Positions 28,134 to 40,089 are shown, numbered from the stretch's first letter. The stretch is DNA of 64,000 bases from an uncultured Actinomycetes bacterium (GCA_963766445.1 CAVXZW010000017.1:24393-88392); one strand, 5' to 3'. Numbers and translations: made by a program. The notes: generated by a model from the sequence alone, not told the origin.

Positions 28134-29912
28134 GTGAGCACCGTGCAGGCCTCCGGAGTCCGCTGGGATCTGTCCCCGCTGTTCGCCTCCCCGGAGGCCG
28201 CCGAGGCGGCCATCGAACCCTCGCTGGAGCGGGCACGGGCGTTCGAGTCGGCCTGGCGGGGGCGCATGGCGGAGCTGACGCCGGCCCAGCTGGCCGACGC
28301 GCTGCACGAACTGGGCGAGATCGACAACGAGCTGTCGCGGATCGCCTCCTACACGATGCTGCGAAAGGCGGTGGATGTCACCAGCGAGCAGAACCGCGAC
28401 CTGGGGGCGGCCGTCGACGCGGCCATCGTGCAGGCTCGGAATGCGCTGCGCTTCTTCGAGCTGGAGTGGCTGGCGCTGGACGACGAGCGGGCGGGCGAGC
28501 TGCTCGCCGCTCCCGAGGTCGCGGCCGACCGCCACTACCTGACCGCCCAGCGCCGCTATCGCGATCACGTGCTCTCGGAGCCCGAGGAGCGCGCTCTCGG
28601 CGAACGCGACCCAGCCGCCGTGTCCGCCTGGCAAACGCTCTATGCACAGACCACGTCCACCATCGAGGTGCCGTTCGACTCCGGCGACGGGCCCCAGCCG
28701 CACACCATCGACCGGCTGCTGGCCTACGTGCACGATTCACGCCGCGACGTGCGGCTGGCGGCGCTCGACACGCTCTACGCCGCGCTGGAGGCGCCGGCGC
28801 CGGTGCTGGCCCACTGCTACGACTCGCTGGTCGCCGACCGGCTCGTGAGCGACCGCCTGCGCAGCTATGGCGATGACCCGATGCTGCCCACGCACCTGGA
28901 CAACGAGCTGGACGCCCCCGTGGTACAGGCGATGCTCGAGCAGGTCGAAGCGCGCTACCCGCTGGCACAGCGCTGGTTTCGCGCGAAGGCCGCCATGTTG
29001 GGCCTGGAGGTGCTGGAGCTGGCCGACCAGTACGCGCCCCTCGGCGAGGCCAGGCCGGTCGGCTACGACGAGGGCCGCTCGCTGGTGGACGCCGCGTTCG
29101 CCGGCTTCTCGCCGGAGGCGGCGTCGATCGCCGAAGCCTTCTTCACCGAGCAGCGCGTCGACGCCGAGCCCCGGGCCGGGAAGCGCGGCGGGGCGTTCTG
29201 CTCGCCGGTCGCCCAGGACGCCTCCCCCTACGTGATGCTGAACTACACGGACACGATGAACGACGTGCTGACGATCGCCCACGAGCTCGGGCACGGCATG
29301 CACTTCCAGCTCGCGCACGCGGCCCAGACGCCGCACTCGGCCCACACCGGCCTGGCGCTGGCCGAGGTGCCTTCGACGTTCGCGGAGTTCGTCGCCTACG
29401 ACCACCTACTCGCCAACGAGGAGGATCGGTCGACGCGGCAGGCGCTGACCTCCGAGCGCGTCGAGGGCGCGTTCGCGACCATCTTCCGACAGACCGTGCT
29501 GGCCCGCTACGAGCAGGGTGCCTACGGGCTGCGGGCCGGCTCGCAAGCGCTCTCGGTCGACCGCCTCAGCGACATCTGGATCGAGCAGAACCTGCGCTAC
29601 TACGGTGACAGCATCCACCTGTCGGACGGATACCGGCTGGGCTGGTCGTACATCCCCCACTTCATCTCGACCCGCTTCTACACCTACGCCTACGTGTTCG
29701 CGAAGCTGGTCGCGCTGGCCCTGTACGCGCGCTGGCGGGCGCAGGGAGAGGAGTTCGTGGCGCCCTACCTGAAGTTCATGGCCGCCGGCGGATCGGGGGC
29801 ACCCGCCGACCTGCTGGCTGTGCTCGGCGTCGACCTTTCCGGTCGCGAGATCTGGGATACGGCCTTCGACGAGCTGGAGCGCATGATCGCGGCGGCCGAG
29901 AGCGAGGCTTGA
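28134..29912 (+). CDS. M3-family oligoendopeptidase (PepF-like)
   Basis: 592-aa ORF with the HELGHGMH zinc motif. Confidence 0.9.
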   Translation: MSTVQASGVRWDLSPLFASPEAAEAAIEPSLERARAFESAWRGRMAELTPAQLADALHELGEIDNELSRIASYTMLRKAVDVTSEQNRDLGAAVDAAIVQARNALRFFELEWLALDDERAGELLAAPEVAADRHYLTAQRRYRDHVLSEPEERALGERDPAAVSAWQTLYAQTTSTIEVPFDSGDGPQPHTIDRLLAYVHDSRRDVRLAALDTLYAALEAPAPVLAHCYDSLVADRLVSDRLRSYGDDPMLPTHLDNELDAPVVQAMLEQVEARYPLAQRWFRAKAAMLGLEVLELADQYAPLGEARPVGYDEGRSLVDAAFAGFSPEAASIAEAFFTEQRVDAEPRAGKRGGAFCSPVAQDASPYVMLNYTDTMNDVLTIAHELGHGMHFQLAHAAQTPHSAHTGLALAEVPSTFAEFVAYDHLLANEEDRSTRQALTSERVEGAFATIFRQTVLARYEQGAYGLRAGSQALSVDRLSDIWIEQNLRYYGDSIHLSDGYRLGWSYIPHFISTRFYTYAYVFAKLVALALYARWRAQGEEFVAPYLKFMAAGGSGAPADLLAVLGVDLSGREIWDTAFDELERMIAAAESEA

Positions 29913-31149
29913 CCGACAGCACGGTCCTCTGGAACGTGCGGGTCGTGGCGGGCGACGGCTCGCCGCCCGCCGAGCGAATGGCGGTCACCGTAACTGGTGG
30001 CCGGATCGAGTCGATCGGGCCGATCAGCGACGCGTCGCCGCCGCCGGGATCGATCGACGCGGACGGGCGCACGCTGATGCCGGGGCTGATCGACGCGCAC
30101 GTGCACCTCTCGAGCGACACCTCGCGCAGCCCTGGTTTCGGGCCGCCGGAGCGCTTGCACGGTGAGGAGCCGCGCCGGCGCGAGCTCGGCTACTTCGTGC
30201 TGGCCAGGACCACCGCCGCGCTGCTGGCGGCGGGCATCACCACCGTGCGCGACGTCGGCAGCTACGACGACGAGGGCATCGCGGTGCGCCAGGCGGTTGA
30301 CCTGGGCTTGCTCGACGGACCGCGGGTGATCCCGTGCGGCCGCATCATCTCGGCCACCTCACCGGGCGGCGCCATCTTCGGCACCATGTACCGGGAGGCG
30401 GACGGGCCCGACGAGATGCGCAAGGCGGTGCGCGAGCAGATTCGCGCCGGCGCCGGCTTCATCAAGGTGATGGCAACCGGCGCGCGCTCGGTGGTGCGCG
30501 AGGATCCCGAGCCCGCGCAGATGACGCCCGCAGAGCTGGCGGCGATCGTGGACGAGGCCCACCGCATGGGGTTCCGGGTCGCCGCCCACGCCGAGGGTCT
30601 GGAGGGCACACGGATGGCGATCGAGCAGGGCGTCGACACGATCGAGCACGGGCTGTCGCTGCACCGCGCGCCCGAGTCTGCTGGCCACGATGGCCGAGCG
30701 CGGGCAGGTGCTGGTGCCGACCCTGTCCACCTTCCACGATCTGTCCGAGCGGTTCGTCACCTGCTTCGCGCCGGTGCTGGTGGAGCAGGCCAAGGTGCAG
30801 CAGGAGGAGGCCTACGCGACCGTCGCGGCGGCGCGGGCCGCGGGCGTGACGATGGCGATGGGCCACGACAGCGGCCCTCCCGGCGACAACCTGATCGAGC
30901 TGGTGCGCATGGCCGATGCCGGGCTCGGCAACGCGGAGGCGGTGCGCGCGGCCACAGCCAACGGCGCCGCCGCCCTCGGGCCTGGACGACGTCGGCGTTG
31001 TCCGGGAAGGCGCCGTGGCCGATCTGCTGGTGGTTGACGGCGATCCGCTGGCGGGCATCGCCGTGCTGGCCGAGCGGGAGCGGATCTGGCTGGTGCTGGT
31101 CGCGGGCCGCCCGGTGGCCGGCCAGGCGCTGGCGCCAGCGCCGCTGTAG
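29909..31149 (+). CDS. metal-dependent amidohydrolase, two frame shifts
   Basis: LMPGLIDAHVHL and AAHAEG motifs. Continues in ORF 30690..31037 and then ORF 30916..31149. Shifts near 30676 and 30980. TTG start overlaps the peptidase TGA. Confidence 0.85.
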
Positions 31150-31242
31150 CGAAGGTCTGGCTCACCTGCCCTCAGAAGACCACGCCCCGAGGACGCACCC
31201 CATTGGTGGCGCGAAATCCGGTAACACGCTAAACTGTTAACC

Positions 31243-31683
31243 ATGATAACTACTCTGGATACGGTGACCGTGGCAAACCGGCTGAGGCCGGTGCTCCTGC
31301 AGCTGAACCGTCATCTGCGCCGCGAGCTGGCGCCGCTCGGCATCACCGGCGGCCAGGCGGCGCTGCTGCACGTCGTCCGCACCAGCCCCGGCATCGGGGT
31401 GCGCGAGCTGGCCGTCCGCGAGGGCGTGTCCAGCGCCGCAATGTCCACCGCCCTCACCCGGCTCGAGGGCGCGGGACTGCTGCAGCGCACGCGCGCGCAG
31501 GCCGACAGGCGCCGGGTCGGGCTGGAGCTGACCGACGCAGGCCAGCGGGTACTGCGCTCCGCGCGGTCGCGCCGGACGGCCTGGCTGGCATCCCGCCTGG
31601 GACGCCTGACCGAGGTCGAGCTGGCCGCCATCGACAGCGTGATCGACCCGCTCACCCGGCTGCTGGAGGCTGAGCCGGCTTGA
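31243..31683 (+). CDS. MarR-family transcriptional regulator
   Basis: 146-aa ORF with GGQAALLHVVRTSPGIGVRELAVREGVSSAAMSTALTRLEGAGLLQR. Overlaps the MFS gene start. Confidence 0.85.
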   Translation: MITTLDTVTVANRLRPVLLQLNRHLRRELAPLGITGGQAALLHVVRTSPGIGVRELAVREGVSSAAMSTALTRLEGAGLLQRTRAQADRRRVGLELTDAGQRVLRSARSRRTAWLASRLGRLTEVELAAIDSVIDPLTRLLEAEPA

Positions 31684-32951
31684 CCGCGGCCCTGCTTCGC
31701 GCCAACCGCCGCACGTTCGCCAGCCTCCGACGGCACCGCAACTACCGCCTGTTCTTCAGCGGGCAGGTGATCTCCGTCAGCGGCACGTGGATGCAGAACA
31801 TCGCGACCGGCTGGCTGGTGCTCGAGCTGTCGCATTCGCCGCTGGCCGTCGGCCTGCTGGCGCTCTGCCAGTTCCTGCCGTTCACGGTGTTCGGCCTGTT
31901 CGCCGGCGTGGTCGTCGACCGCCTCGACGCCCGCCGCACGGTGATCTGGACGCAGGTCATCTCGATGGTGATCGCCGGCGTGCTGGCGGCCCTGACCCTG
32001 GCCGGCGTCATCACCACCTGGCAGGTGCTGCTGCTGGCGGTACTGCGCGGCACCGTGCTGGTGCTGGATGCGCCCGCCCGCCAGGCGCTCACCTTCGAGA
32101 TGGTGGGACGCGACGAGCTGCCGAACGCGGTCGCGCTCAACTCGAGCCTGTTCAACGCCGCCCGCGTGGTCGGCCCCGCCATGGGCGGCGTGGTCGTGGC
32201 CCTGGCCGGCGCCGGCCTCTGCTTCGCGCTCAACACCGTCAGCTTCGCCGCGGTGCTGATCGGCCTGCTGCTGATGCGCAGCGACGAGATGTTCCCGCGC
32301 TCGGCCAACGCCGAGCGGCCCACCCTGCTGCGCGGCACCCGCGAGGCGTTCCGCTACGTGCGCGGCGCCCCGGAAGTGCTGATGGCGCTGATGATCGTGA
32401 CCGTCGTCAGCACCTTCTCCTTCAACTTCAACGTGCTGCTGCCGGTGATGGCCAAGCAGACGCTGGGCGGCGGCCCCGAGGTGTTCGGCGTGCTGACCGC
32501 CTTCTTCGGCCTGGGTGCGCTGGGCGGCGCGCTCACGTCGGCCACGCTCGGCCGCGCCAGCTGGCGGGTGCTGCTCGCGGGTACCTTCGGCTTCGGCCTG
32601 GCACAGCTGGCGCTGGCGCCGGTCAGCGGCCTTGCGCTGGCATCGCTGCTGCTGTTCATGACCGGCCTCAGCTTCACGCTCTGGACGTCGAACGCCAACT
32701 CGCTGCTGCAGCTGAACGCGCCCGACCATCTGCGCGGGCGCGTGATCGGCCTCTACTTCTTCGCTTTCAACGGCGCCGGCCCGATGGGCGGCCTGCTGGC
32801 CGGCTGGCTGGCATCGCAGGGCGGCACCGAGGCGGCCTACGTGGTGTCGGGTGCGGCCAGCATCGCAATGACGGTGTTCGCGGCCTTCCGGCTGCGCGAC
32901 CGCGCTGCGCCGCTGCTGGGCGGCCGCGGGCTGCCCGTCCGCGCACGCTAG
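31680..32951 (+). CDS. MFS transporter
   Basis: 423-aa ORF with about 12 hydrophobic helices, cotranscribed with marR. Confidence 0.9.
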   Translation: MTAALLRANRRTFASLRRHRNYRLFFSGQVISVSGTWMQNIATGWLVLELSHSPLAVGLLALCQFLPFTVFGLFAGVVVDRLDARRTVIWTQVISMVIAGVLAALTLAGVITTWQVLLLAVLRGTVLVLDAPARQALTFEMVGRDELPNAVALNSSLFNAARVVGPAMGGVVVALAGAGLCFALNTVSFAAVLIGLLLMRSDEMFPRSANAERPTLLRGTREAFRYVRGAPEVLMALMIVTVVSTFSFNFNVLLPVMAKQTLGGGPEVFGVLTAFFGLGALGGALTSATLGRASWRVLLAGTFGFGLAQLALAPVSGLALASLLLFMTGLSFTLWTSNANSLLQLNAPDHLRGRVIGLYFFAFNGAGPMGGLLAGWLASQGGTEAAYVVSGAASIAMTVFAAFRLRDRAAPLLGGRGLPVRAR

Positions 32952-33263
32952 GCACCGCCGCCCCATTCGACCACCCGGGCCGGCCGGCCGAAGATCACGA
33001 CCGCCGACGGGATCGACTGGCGCCCCCTGGCCGGGATCCAGAGGCGGCGCGTCCAGCAGGCGCACCTCGCCCTCCTCGCAGGCCCGCCGCCACCAGCGCG
33101 CATGCGTCTTGACCGGCACGATGAACGCCATCTGCGGATCGGCCTGCTTCCTGGCCGCCCGCATGGCCGATCCCAGCAGCAGCCCGTACGGTGGCACGAC
33201 GACCTTGAAGCCCTCCGCCTCCAGCCGGCGGACGATCTGGTCGAACTCGGTCGGGCCGCTCAG
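32948..33263 (-). CDS. hypothetical small protein, one frame shift, no canonical start
   Basis: ...GPTEFDQIVRRLEAEGFKVVVPPYGLLLGSAMRAARKQADPQMAFIVPVKTHARWW... with strong G/C third positions. The last ~30 codons are in another frame (LWIPARGRQSIPSAVVIFGRPARVVEWGGGA*). Shift near 33045. The coding signal reaches CTG 33263. Confidence 0.4.
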
Positions 33264-34023
33264 CCGCGATGGTGGTTCACGAGCTCGACGTTGGTGCCGT
33301 CGGGATCGAGCACGTAGGCCGCGTAGTAACCGTCGTGGTACTGCGGCCGCTCCCCGGGTGCCCCGTGGTCCGCGTAGCCGGCGGCGGTGGCGGCGCGGTG
33401 GAAGGCCTCGACCGCCCCGTCGTCGCTCGCCGCGAACGCGATGTGCAGCCCCTCGGTGGACGGCCCGGTCACCAGCGACATCGAGCCGCCGTCACCGGCG
33501 AACCGCACGCGGTGCTGCGTGCTCGTCCACCAGCCGGATGCCGGCGTGCGGTGCCGCCACCTCGTAGAACCGGCGTGACGCATCCAGGTCGGCCACCCGC
33601 ACCCACAGGTGGTCGATCCCGCCCGGCCGCACGTCGCCGTGGTGCACTGCCTCCACGCTGTTCCCATCCGGGTCGCGGAGGAACCCGCCGTAGTAGTCGT
33701 CGCGGTAGCGCGGCCGCAGGCCCCGGCCGGCCGTCGTCGAGGAACCCGGCCTCGGTGCCGGACTGCCAGAACGCATCGACCTGCTCCGGGGAGCGCGCGG
33801 CGAAGCCCACATGCAGCCGCTTGGTGGGCGGGCACGCACGGGTCGCCTGGCAGAGCGAGAAGTCGTTCCACTCAGCCAGGTCCTCGCCTGAATAGGTCGG
33901 CGGGCGGTCGAGCGCCGCGAGCACGGCCGCGTAGAACCGCTCGGACTCGCCGCGGTCCGACACCCGCACCGTGACGTGGTCGAACACGAACCCACTATCC
34001 CAAATCGGACGGCCGGTACGCAA
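33260..34023 (-). CDS. two-domain VOC (glyoxalase/bleomycin-resistance/dioxygenase) family protein, two frame shifts
   Basis: FDHVTVRVSDRGESERFY..., IDHLWVRVADLDASRRFY..., ...YYAAYVLDPDGTNVELVNH. Pieces lie in ORFs 33469..34023, 33492..33995 and 33260..33871. Shifts near 33730 and 33512. Start is TTG 34023 or GTG 33987. Confidence 0.7.
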
Positions 34024-34044
34024 CGCGTGCGCGGCGTCGGCTGA

Positions 34045-34422
34045 TCAGGGGCCGAGCACGCGCGCGCTGCCGCTGGTCGAGTAGACGTCCTTGCGCGCGA
34101 TCAGGCCGTCGCGGAACGGGAACACGTCGATGCCGTCCCACTCCAGCTTGCGGCCGTCGGGATGGGTGGCCGTGGCCGTCCACTCGCTGACCACGAAGTC
34201 TTCGCCGTAGTAGGCGCGCCGGCCGCGGAAGTGCAGGTCGGGCCAGCCGGCGAAGATGCCGGCGATGTGCGCGCTCACGGCCTCGGCGCCCTCCACCCGC
34301 TCCCCCGCCGTGTGGTTCTGGAACACGATCTCGGGGTGGTGATAGCGGGCGATCGTCTCGACGTCCTGCGCGTTCCAGGCGTCGTTGTAGCGGTCGATGG
34401 TCTCGCTCAGCGTCTCGTCCAT
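34045..34422 (-). CDS. SnoaL-like / NTF2-fold protein
   Basis: 125-aa ORF, IDRYNDAWNAQDVETIARYHHPEIVFQNH... Typical ester-cyclase/SnoaL layout. Confidence 0.8.
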   Translation of the reverse strand: MDETLSETIDRYNDAWNAQDVETIARYHHPEIVFQNHTAGERVEGAEAVSAHIAGIFAGWPDLHFRGRRAYYGEDFVVSEWTATATHPDGRKLEWDGIDVFPFRDGLIARKDVYSTSGSARVLGP

Positions 34423-34462
34423 GGCCGCGATACTACATCCCGCGCAGGTGGCGGCCCGCGTC

Positions 34463-35115
34463 TTACCTCACGTAGCTGCGGATCACCAGCAACGCCGAAC
34501 CGCGCTCGAGCGCAAAGCCGCCGGTGTCGAACAGCGCCGTCAGCGGGGCACCGTCGTCCGGGCTCAGCGTGCCGCGGTAACGCGTCGCGACGAAGCGGCG
34601 CAGGTTCCGCCCGACCGAGCAGACGCGCACCTTCGACACCGACGGACGCCGGTGCGACACGAACGTCGCGCTACCGCTGAACATCGGGTTTCCGCTCGTG
34701 CCGATCTTGGCGACGGCGCCGTGCGCAGATCGTTTCGGCCTGGGCATGCCCGCCGCGGACTGAAGCGCGGCCGCGAAATGCCCCACCAGGTTGGTCGTGG
34801 TGCTGCTCGCGGTCTGTGCACCGAGAAAAGCCCGCGCGCCGCCGTAGCCGACCTCGGCTTGCCAACTCGTGTCGCCAAACGGGGAGCCGGCCGCAATCGA
34901 CTCGCGACCCTGGCAGGCTCGTGATAGCGGCGCACGGTGCGCCCGAACGCGACGCCTCCCACACCGCCGGAGATGCAGCCCGGATCGGCGATCGCAAAGC
35001 CCGTCTGCGGTGCCGCGATGACCGTGCCGAAGTACGGCCAGGTGCCGGTATGGATCCGGAACGCCGTCGTGTCGAGCGTACCCTCGACGGAGAGCCGCTG
35101 CGCAGGGCCGGCCGG
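34463..35115 (-). pseudogene. disrupted ORF of unknown family (no start codon, at least one frame shift)
   Basis: Coding-like frame begins directly after the upstream TGA (...QRLSVEGTLDTTAFRIHTGTWPYFGTVIAAPQTGFAIADPGCISGGVGG...). It shifts near 34920 into ORF 34463..34786 (...FDTGGFALERGSALLVIRSYVR*). Confidence 0.35.
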
Positions 35116-35520
35116 TCAGCCGCTGTCCAGGCGCGCTTCCCGGCGCGTCGGCTGGAACAGCTCGACCGGGTTTCCCGACGGATCGTCGACCAGTATCTGT
35201 CTGCCGCCGACGCCGTCGACGATGTCGTTTCGAAACGCGACGTCCTTGGCTTTCAGCGCCGCCACCGTCGCGTCGAGGTCGTCCACCTCCAGCTGGAAGC
35301 GATTCCAGCCCCCCGGCGCGGGGGCGGTGCCGTCGGGCATCGCCTGGCCGCCGCCCGGCCCGCCGCCGGGCGCCGACAGCACCAGGCGCAGGTCTCCCCG
35401 CGACAGCATGGCGAATGCCGGTGCCGGGTGCATCTCGACGGTGAAGCCCAGGGCATCGGCGTAGAATTGGATCGCAGCATCGACGTCATCAACGATGTAG
35501 CGGACGTTCACGCTCGCCAT
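35116..35520 (-). CDS. VOC (glyoxalase) family protein
   Basis: MASVNVRYIVDDVDAAIQFYADALGF...VDDPSGNPVELFQP, 134 aa. AGGAGG lies 6 nt upstream of ATG 35520. Confidence 0.85.
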   Translation of the reverse strand: MASVNVRYIVDDVDAAIQFYADALGFTVEMHPAPAFAMLSRGDLRLVLSAPGGGPGGGQAMPDGTAPAPGGWNRFQLEVDDLDATVAALKAKDVAFRNDIVDGVGGRQILVDDPSGNPVELFQPTRREARLDSG

Positions 35521-35964
35521 CTCGCACCTCCTGTGGACTGCCGTAACACGGTAGCGCTGGTGCGCCGGCGGAGCTTCCGCCAATTCCACCGGTACTGGTA
35601 CAGCGCCGGCTGCCTCGTAGGTACGGCATCTTGAAGTAGAGATCCGCCTCGTCGGCGCTGGCGTTGAGGATGAGATGATCGTCGGTGTCGATGACGACGT
35701 GTCGTGGAGCCCTTCGGTCAAGGACGTGGAACAGGACGCCCCCGTCCGCCTGGGGAATGTCCGCGTGCTCGATCGGCACATGCGCTGTATGCCGCTCTTG
35801 ATCTGGTTCACACAGGTGGCAAGATTGACCCGCCCCGGGTTTATCCTGATCGGCCAACGGATCCGCACCCGCTCCTGCATGTCGGGGCTGACCGGCCACG
35901 TCAACGGGACTTTCCGCCGGCCGTCCTGCGCCGCCACGCGCCCATACGGCTCGGCGTCCCACAT
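35489..35964 (-). pseudogene. A/T-richer hypothetical gene next to the tRNA, frame-shifted
   Basis: MWDAEPYGRVAAQDGRRKVPLTWPVSPDMQERVRIRWPIRINPGRVNLATCVNQIKSG (frame of ORF 35116..36063), then HVPIEHADIPQADGGVLFHVLDRRAPRHVVIDTDDHLILNASADEADLYFKMPY (ORF 35489..35962). Shift near 35785. Ends uncertain. Confidence 0.3.
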
Positions 35965-36142
35965 GCCTCCAGGTGCCGGCGATGGATTACTGGCGGCACC
36001 GCCAGACACCGGTCTCAGGCGGTGGCATTCTGTGCCCATGAGCAACCGTGAGACAGCACACAATACGCCACCCCGGGAACGGTGCCACGTCAGGCTCCGC
36101 CTCGTCCGGGTTCAAGCCGGGCCTATGCGAGGTTGCGGGGAG

Positions 36143-36215
36143 TGGAGCTAACCGGGCTCGAACCGGTGACCTTCGCGCTGCCAGCGCGACGCTCTCCCAA
36201 CTGAGCTATAGCCCC
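36143..36215 (-). tRNA. tRNA-Ala (anticodon GGC)
   Basis: Hand-folded cloverleaf GGGGCTA/TAGCTCC acceptor with G3:U70. D-arm GCTC-AGTTGGGA-GAGC. Anticodon arm TCGCG-CTGGCAG-CGCGA. T-arm ACCGG-TTCGAGC-CCGGT. 73 nt, CCA not encoded. Confidence 0.95.
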
Positions 36216-36259
36216 GAGGCGTCGAAGTATATCGAGGCCGGCGGCGCTCTCGCCCCGGA

Positions 36260-36812
36260 TCAGACGGCCTGCGGCAGCAGCTGGCTGACCGGGTCGGACG
36301 GCCATCCCGCGCGGCTCGGCCAGCCGCTCGAGCACCATCGCCGTGTCCGCCACCGCCACGCCCGACAGGTGCTGGTCGCGAGCCTCGAAGTCGGCCATGA
36401 TCTCGCCCAGCGCAGCCCGGTAGCCAGCCGCGTCGCCGTCGGCGAGCGCCTGCAGCGCCCTCCCCGTGCGCGCGAAGGCATCGCCGGCCGCGAGCATCTC
36501 CGACGTGTCCGGCGCGGCACCCGTCGCGACCGCCGCCAGCGCCCGCGCGTAGCCGGCCGCAGGGCCCTCGACTCCCTCGGCGTCGGCCAGCGCCTGCGCC
36601 GCCACCTCGGCCACGCCGTCGTCGGCCAGGATCGCCATCTTCAGCGCGCCGATCAGCCGCCCCCAGCTGCGCGGCCCGGTCTCGGCGTGCGACGCCAGGT
36701 AGGCATCGCGCGCAGCGCGGTATCGGCCGGCGGCCGGCCGGCCGGCCAGCTGCTCCGCGTACGCGTCCCGCTCCGCCGCCAGCGCCGCGTTCAGGTGCGC
36801 GCCCGCGCTCAC
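36260..36812 (-). CDS. hypothetical Ala-rich helical protein, one frame shift near the 3' end
   Basis: GTG 36812 overlaps the DUF2203 stop (GTGA). VSAGAHLNAALAAERDAYAEQLAG...DTAMVLERLAEPRGMAV. The printed frame runs through the tRNA. A shift near 36292 gives ...VSQLLPQAV* ending at 36260. Confidence 0.5.
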
Positions 36813-37213
36813 GGCAGCGGCTGCCTGCCCGCGAACCCACCCTCCAGGGTGTGCCAGAACTCGATCCGCTGCTCGCCCACGCGCCAGCACAGCAGCGCCG
36901 GTTGTCCGTCGATCACGGCCGGGAAGTCGAGCAGCCCCTGGGCCGGGTCCTTCACCTGCACGCCCAGCGCCAGGACCTCGTCCACCAGCTCGCCCACCTC
37001 CGCCTGCGCCTGCTCCAGCGACTCCCGCAGCGCGCTCGCCCGCTCGTGGTCGAGCCCGCCGCCGTTGGAGCCGATCGCGATCACGATCGTCCGCCACTCG
37101 CGCTGCAGCGGCTCCACCGCAGCGCACAGCTCCACCATCCGCTCGGCCAGCGGACGCACCACCTCGTCCAGCAGGGCCTGCGCTTCGGCGAGCGTGAAGG
37201 TGCGGTCAGGCAC
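36809..37213 (-). CDS. DUF2203-family protein
   Basis: 134-aa ORF, FTLAEAQALLDEV...GVQVKDPAQGLLDFPAVIDGQPALLCWRVGEQRIEFWH. Confidence 0.75.
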   Translation of the reverse strand: MPDRTFTLAEAQALLDEVVRPLAERMVELCAAVEPLQREWRTIVIAIGSNGGGLDHERASALRESLEQAQAEVGELVDEVLALGVQVKDPAQGLLDFPAVIDGQPALLCWRVGEQRIEFWHTLEGGFAGRQPLP

Positions 37214-37573
37214 CCTGGGCGTACGACTCGCTGGGCACCTCGCCCCAGAGCGACTCGAGCCGGTAGAACGATCGCGCGTCGGGCGTGAACACGTGCACGA
37301 TCACGTCCAGGTAGTCGAGCAGGATCCAGTCGCCCTGCCGCTCGCCGTCGATGTTGCGGGAGAGGATGCGGTCGCGCTTCAGCGCCTCCCGGATCTCGGC
37401 CGCGATCCCCTGCGTCTGGCGTGTGTTGCGGCCGGAGCAGATCACGAAGTGGTCCGTGTAGCTGACCACATCGCTCATATCCAGGATCACGATGTCAGAG
37501 GCAAGCTTCTCGTCCGCCAGGGCGGCGATGCGGTGTGCCAGTTCGAGACTCGTGGTCAGGTGATCAGCTCCAA
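37206..37573 (-). CDS. rsfS: ribosome silencing factor RsfS (N-terminal frame shift or CTG start)
   Basis: ...SLELAHRIAALADEKLASDIVILDMSDVVSYTDHFVICSGRNTRQTQGIA...DYLDVIVHVF. GGAGGG SD and TTG 37573 are in another frame that stops after 5 codons. The body frame starts at or before 37559. Confidence 0.85.
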
Positions 37574-37591
37574 ATACCCTCCGCAAGCAGC

Positions 37592-38149
37592 CTAGCACGG
37601 GGGTCTGCCGTAGAGCCCGCGCGCCCTGATCAGCCCGAGCACGGCGGGGTCCACCGCGTCCTCCCCCACGCCCTCGGCCAGGCGTTCGCGGACGGTCGTC
37701 GACGACAGGTCGACCGGGGCCATGGCGAGCTCGGTCACGTTCGCGCCGCGAGCACAGACGTACCCGCCGCGCGGGGCCACCGCCAGCGACGCCAGCCGCA
37801 GGATCTCGTCCGGCTCGCGCCAGCTGCGCAGATCGCACTGGTCGGCGCCCACGATCAGCACCAGCTCGCCCAGCGGCGTCAGCGCGCGCAGCGTGTCCAC
37901 CGTGTAGCTCGGTCCCTGCGCGGTCGAGCTCGATCCGGCTGACCTCGACGCCGGGCTCGCCGGCGAACGCCAGCTGCGCCATCCGCAGGCGGTCATCGGC
38001 CGGCGTCGGTGAGGCATCCCGGTGCGGCGGGTGGCCGGTCGGCATCACCAGCAGCCGGTCGAGCGCGAGCTGATCGCGGGCGGCCCGCACCACCGCCAGG
38101 TGTCCGAGATGCGGCGGGTCGAACTCGCCGCCGAACACGCCGATCCGCA

Positions 38150-38150
<1 letters not shown>
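37592..38150 (-). CDS. nadD: nicotinate-nucleotide adenylyltransferase NadD, one frame shift
   Basis: MRIGVFGGEFDPPHLGHL, continued in ORF 37592..38017 (SYTVDTLRAL...LIVGADQ). Shift near 37912, where gggaccgag seems to carry one extra base. Confidence 0.9.
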
Positions 38151-39449
<1,299 letters not shown>

Positions 39450-39479
39450 CTAAGCGTAGGTGACGGCGAAGGGTCTGGC

Positions 39480-39725
39480 TTACGCGACGCTGATGAAGCG
39501 CTTGCCCTTGCGCTGCGTGAACTCGACCGTGCCGTCCGTGGTCGCAAACAGCGTGTCGTCGCCGCCCAGGCCGGTGCCGGCGCCGGGGTAGAAGCGCGTG
39601 CCGCGCTGGCGCACGATGATCGCGCCCGCGGTCACGGTCTCGCCGGCGAACACCTTCACGCCCAGCCGCTTCGCGTTCGAGTCGCGCCCGTTCTTGGAGG
39701 AACCGAGTCCCTTCTTATGCGCCAC
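39480..39725 (-). CDS. rpmA: 50S ribosomal protein L27
   Basis: [24 protein letters not shown]... 81 aa. Confidence 0.95.
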   Translation of the reverse strand: MAHKKGLGSSKNGRDSNAKRLGVKVFAGETVTAGAIIVRQRGTRFYPGAGTGLGGDDTLFATTDGTVEFTQRKGKRFISVA

Positions 39726-40089
39726 CGTTCTCCTCCTTCTTCGCCGCGGCCGGCTCGGCCTTCTTGCGCGGTGCCCGCGGCTTCTTGGCCGCGCCGATCG
39801 ACGCGATCGTGATCCGGGACAGCTCCGAGCGATGCCCGCGCGTCTTCTTGAAGCCGCGCTTCGGCTTGAACGTGAACACCTTCAGCTTCTCTCCGCGCAG
39901 ATGCTCTACCACCTCGGCGGTGACGGTGCCCTTCAGCTTCGCGCGATCGGTGACGACGGCGTCGCCGCCGGTCATCAGCACCTCCGGCGTGAACGTCTTG
40001 CCGGCGTCAAGCGCCTGGCGATCGACCAGGAGCTTCTGCCCCTGCTCGACGCGGTACTGCTTGCCACCAACCTTGATCACTGCGTACAT
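39715..40089 (-). CDS. rplU: 50S ribosomal protein L21
   Basis: [18 protein letters not shown]... 124 aa with a basic C-terminal extension. Trimmed from ORF 39715..40440. Confidence 0.95.
   Translation of the reverse strand: MYAVIKVGGKQYRVEQGQKLLVDRQALDAGKTFTPEVLMTGGDAVVTDRAKLKGTVTAEVVEHLRGEKLKVFTFKPKRGFKKTRGHRSELSRITIASIGAAKKPRAPRKKAEPAAAKKEENGGA

Noticed and set aside
26062-28137. 691-aa plus-strand ORF spanning leuS antisense, the DUF2269 gene, the repeat and marR
   Set aside because: No protein-like segments. It runs antisense to three supported genes.
31311-33197. 628-aa minus-strand ORF antisense to marR/MFS
   Set aside because: Only the first ~80 codons (32948-33263 region) look coding. 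The rest is low-complexity antisense to the MFS transporter.
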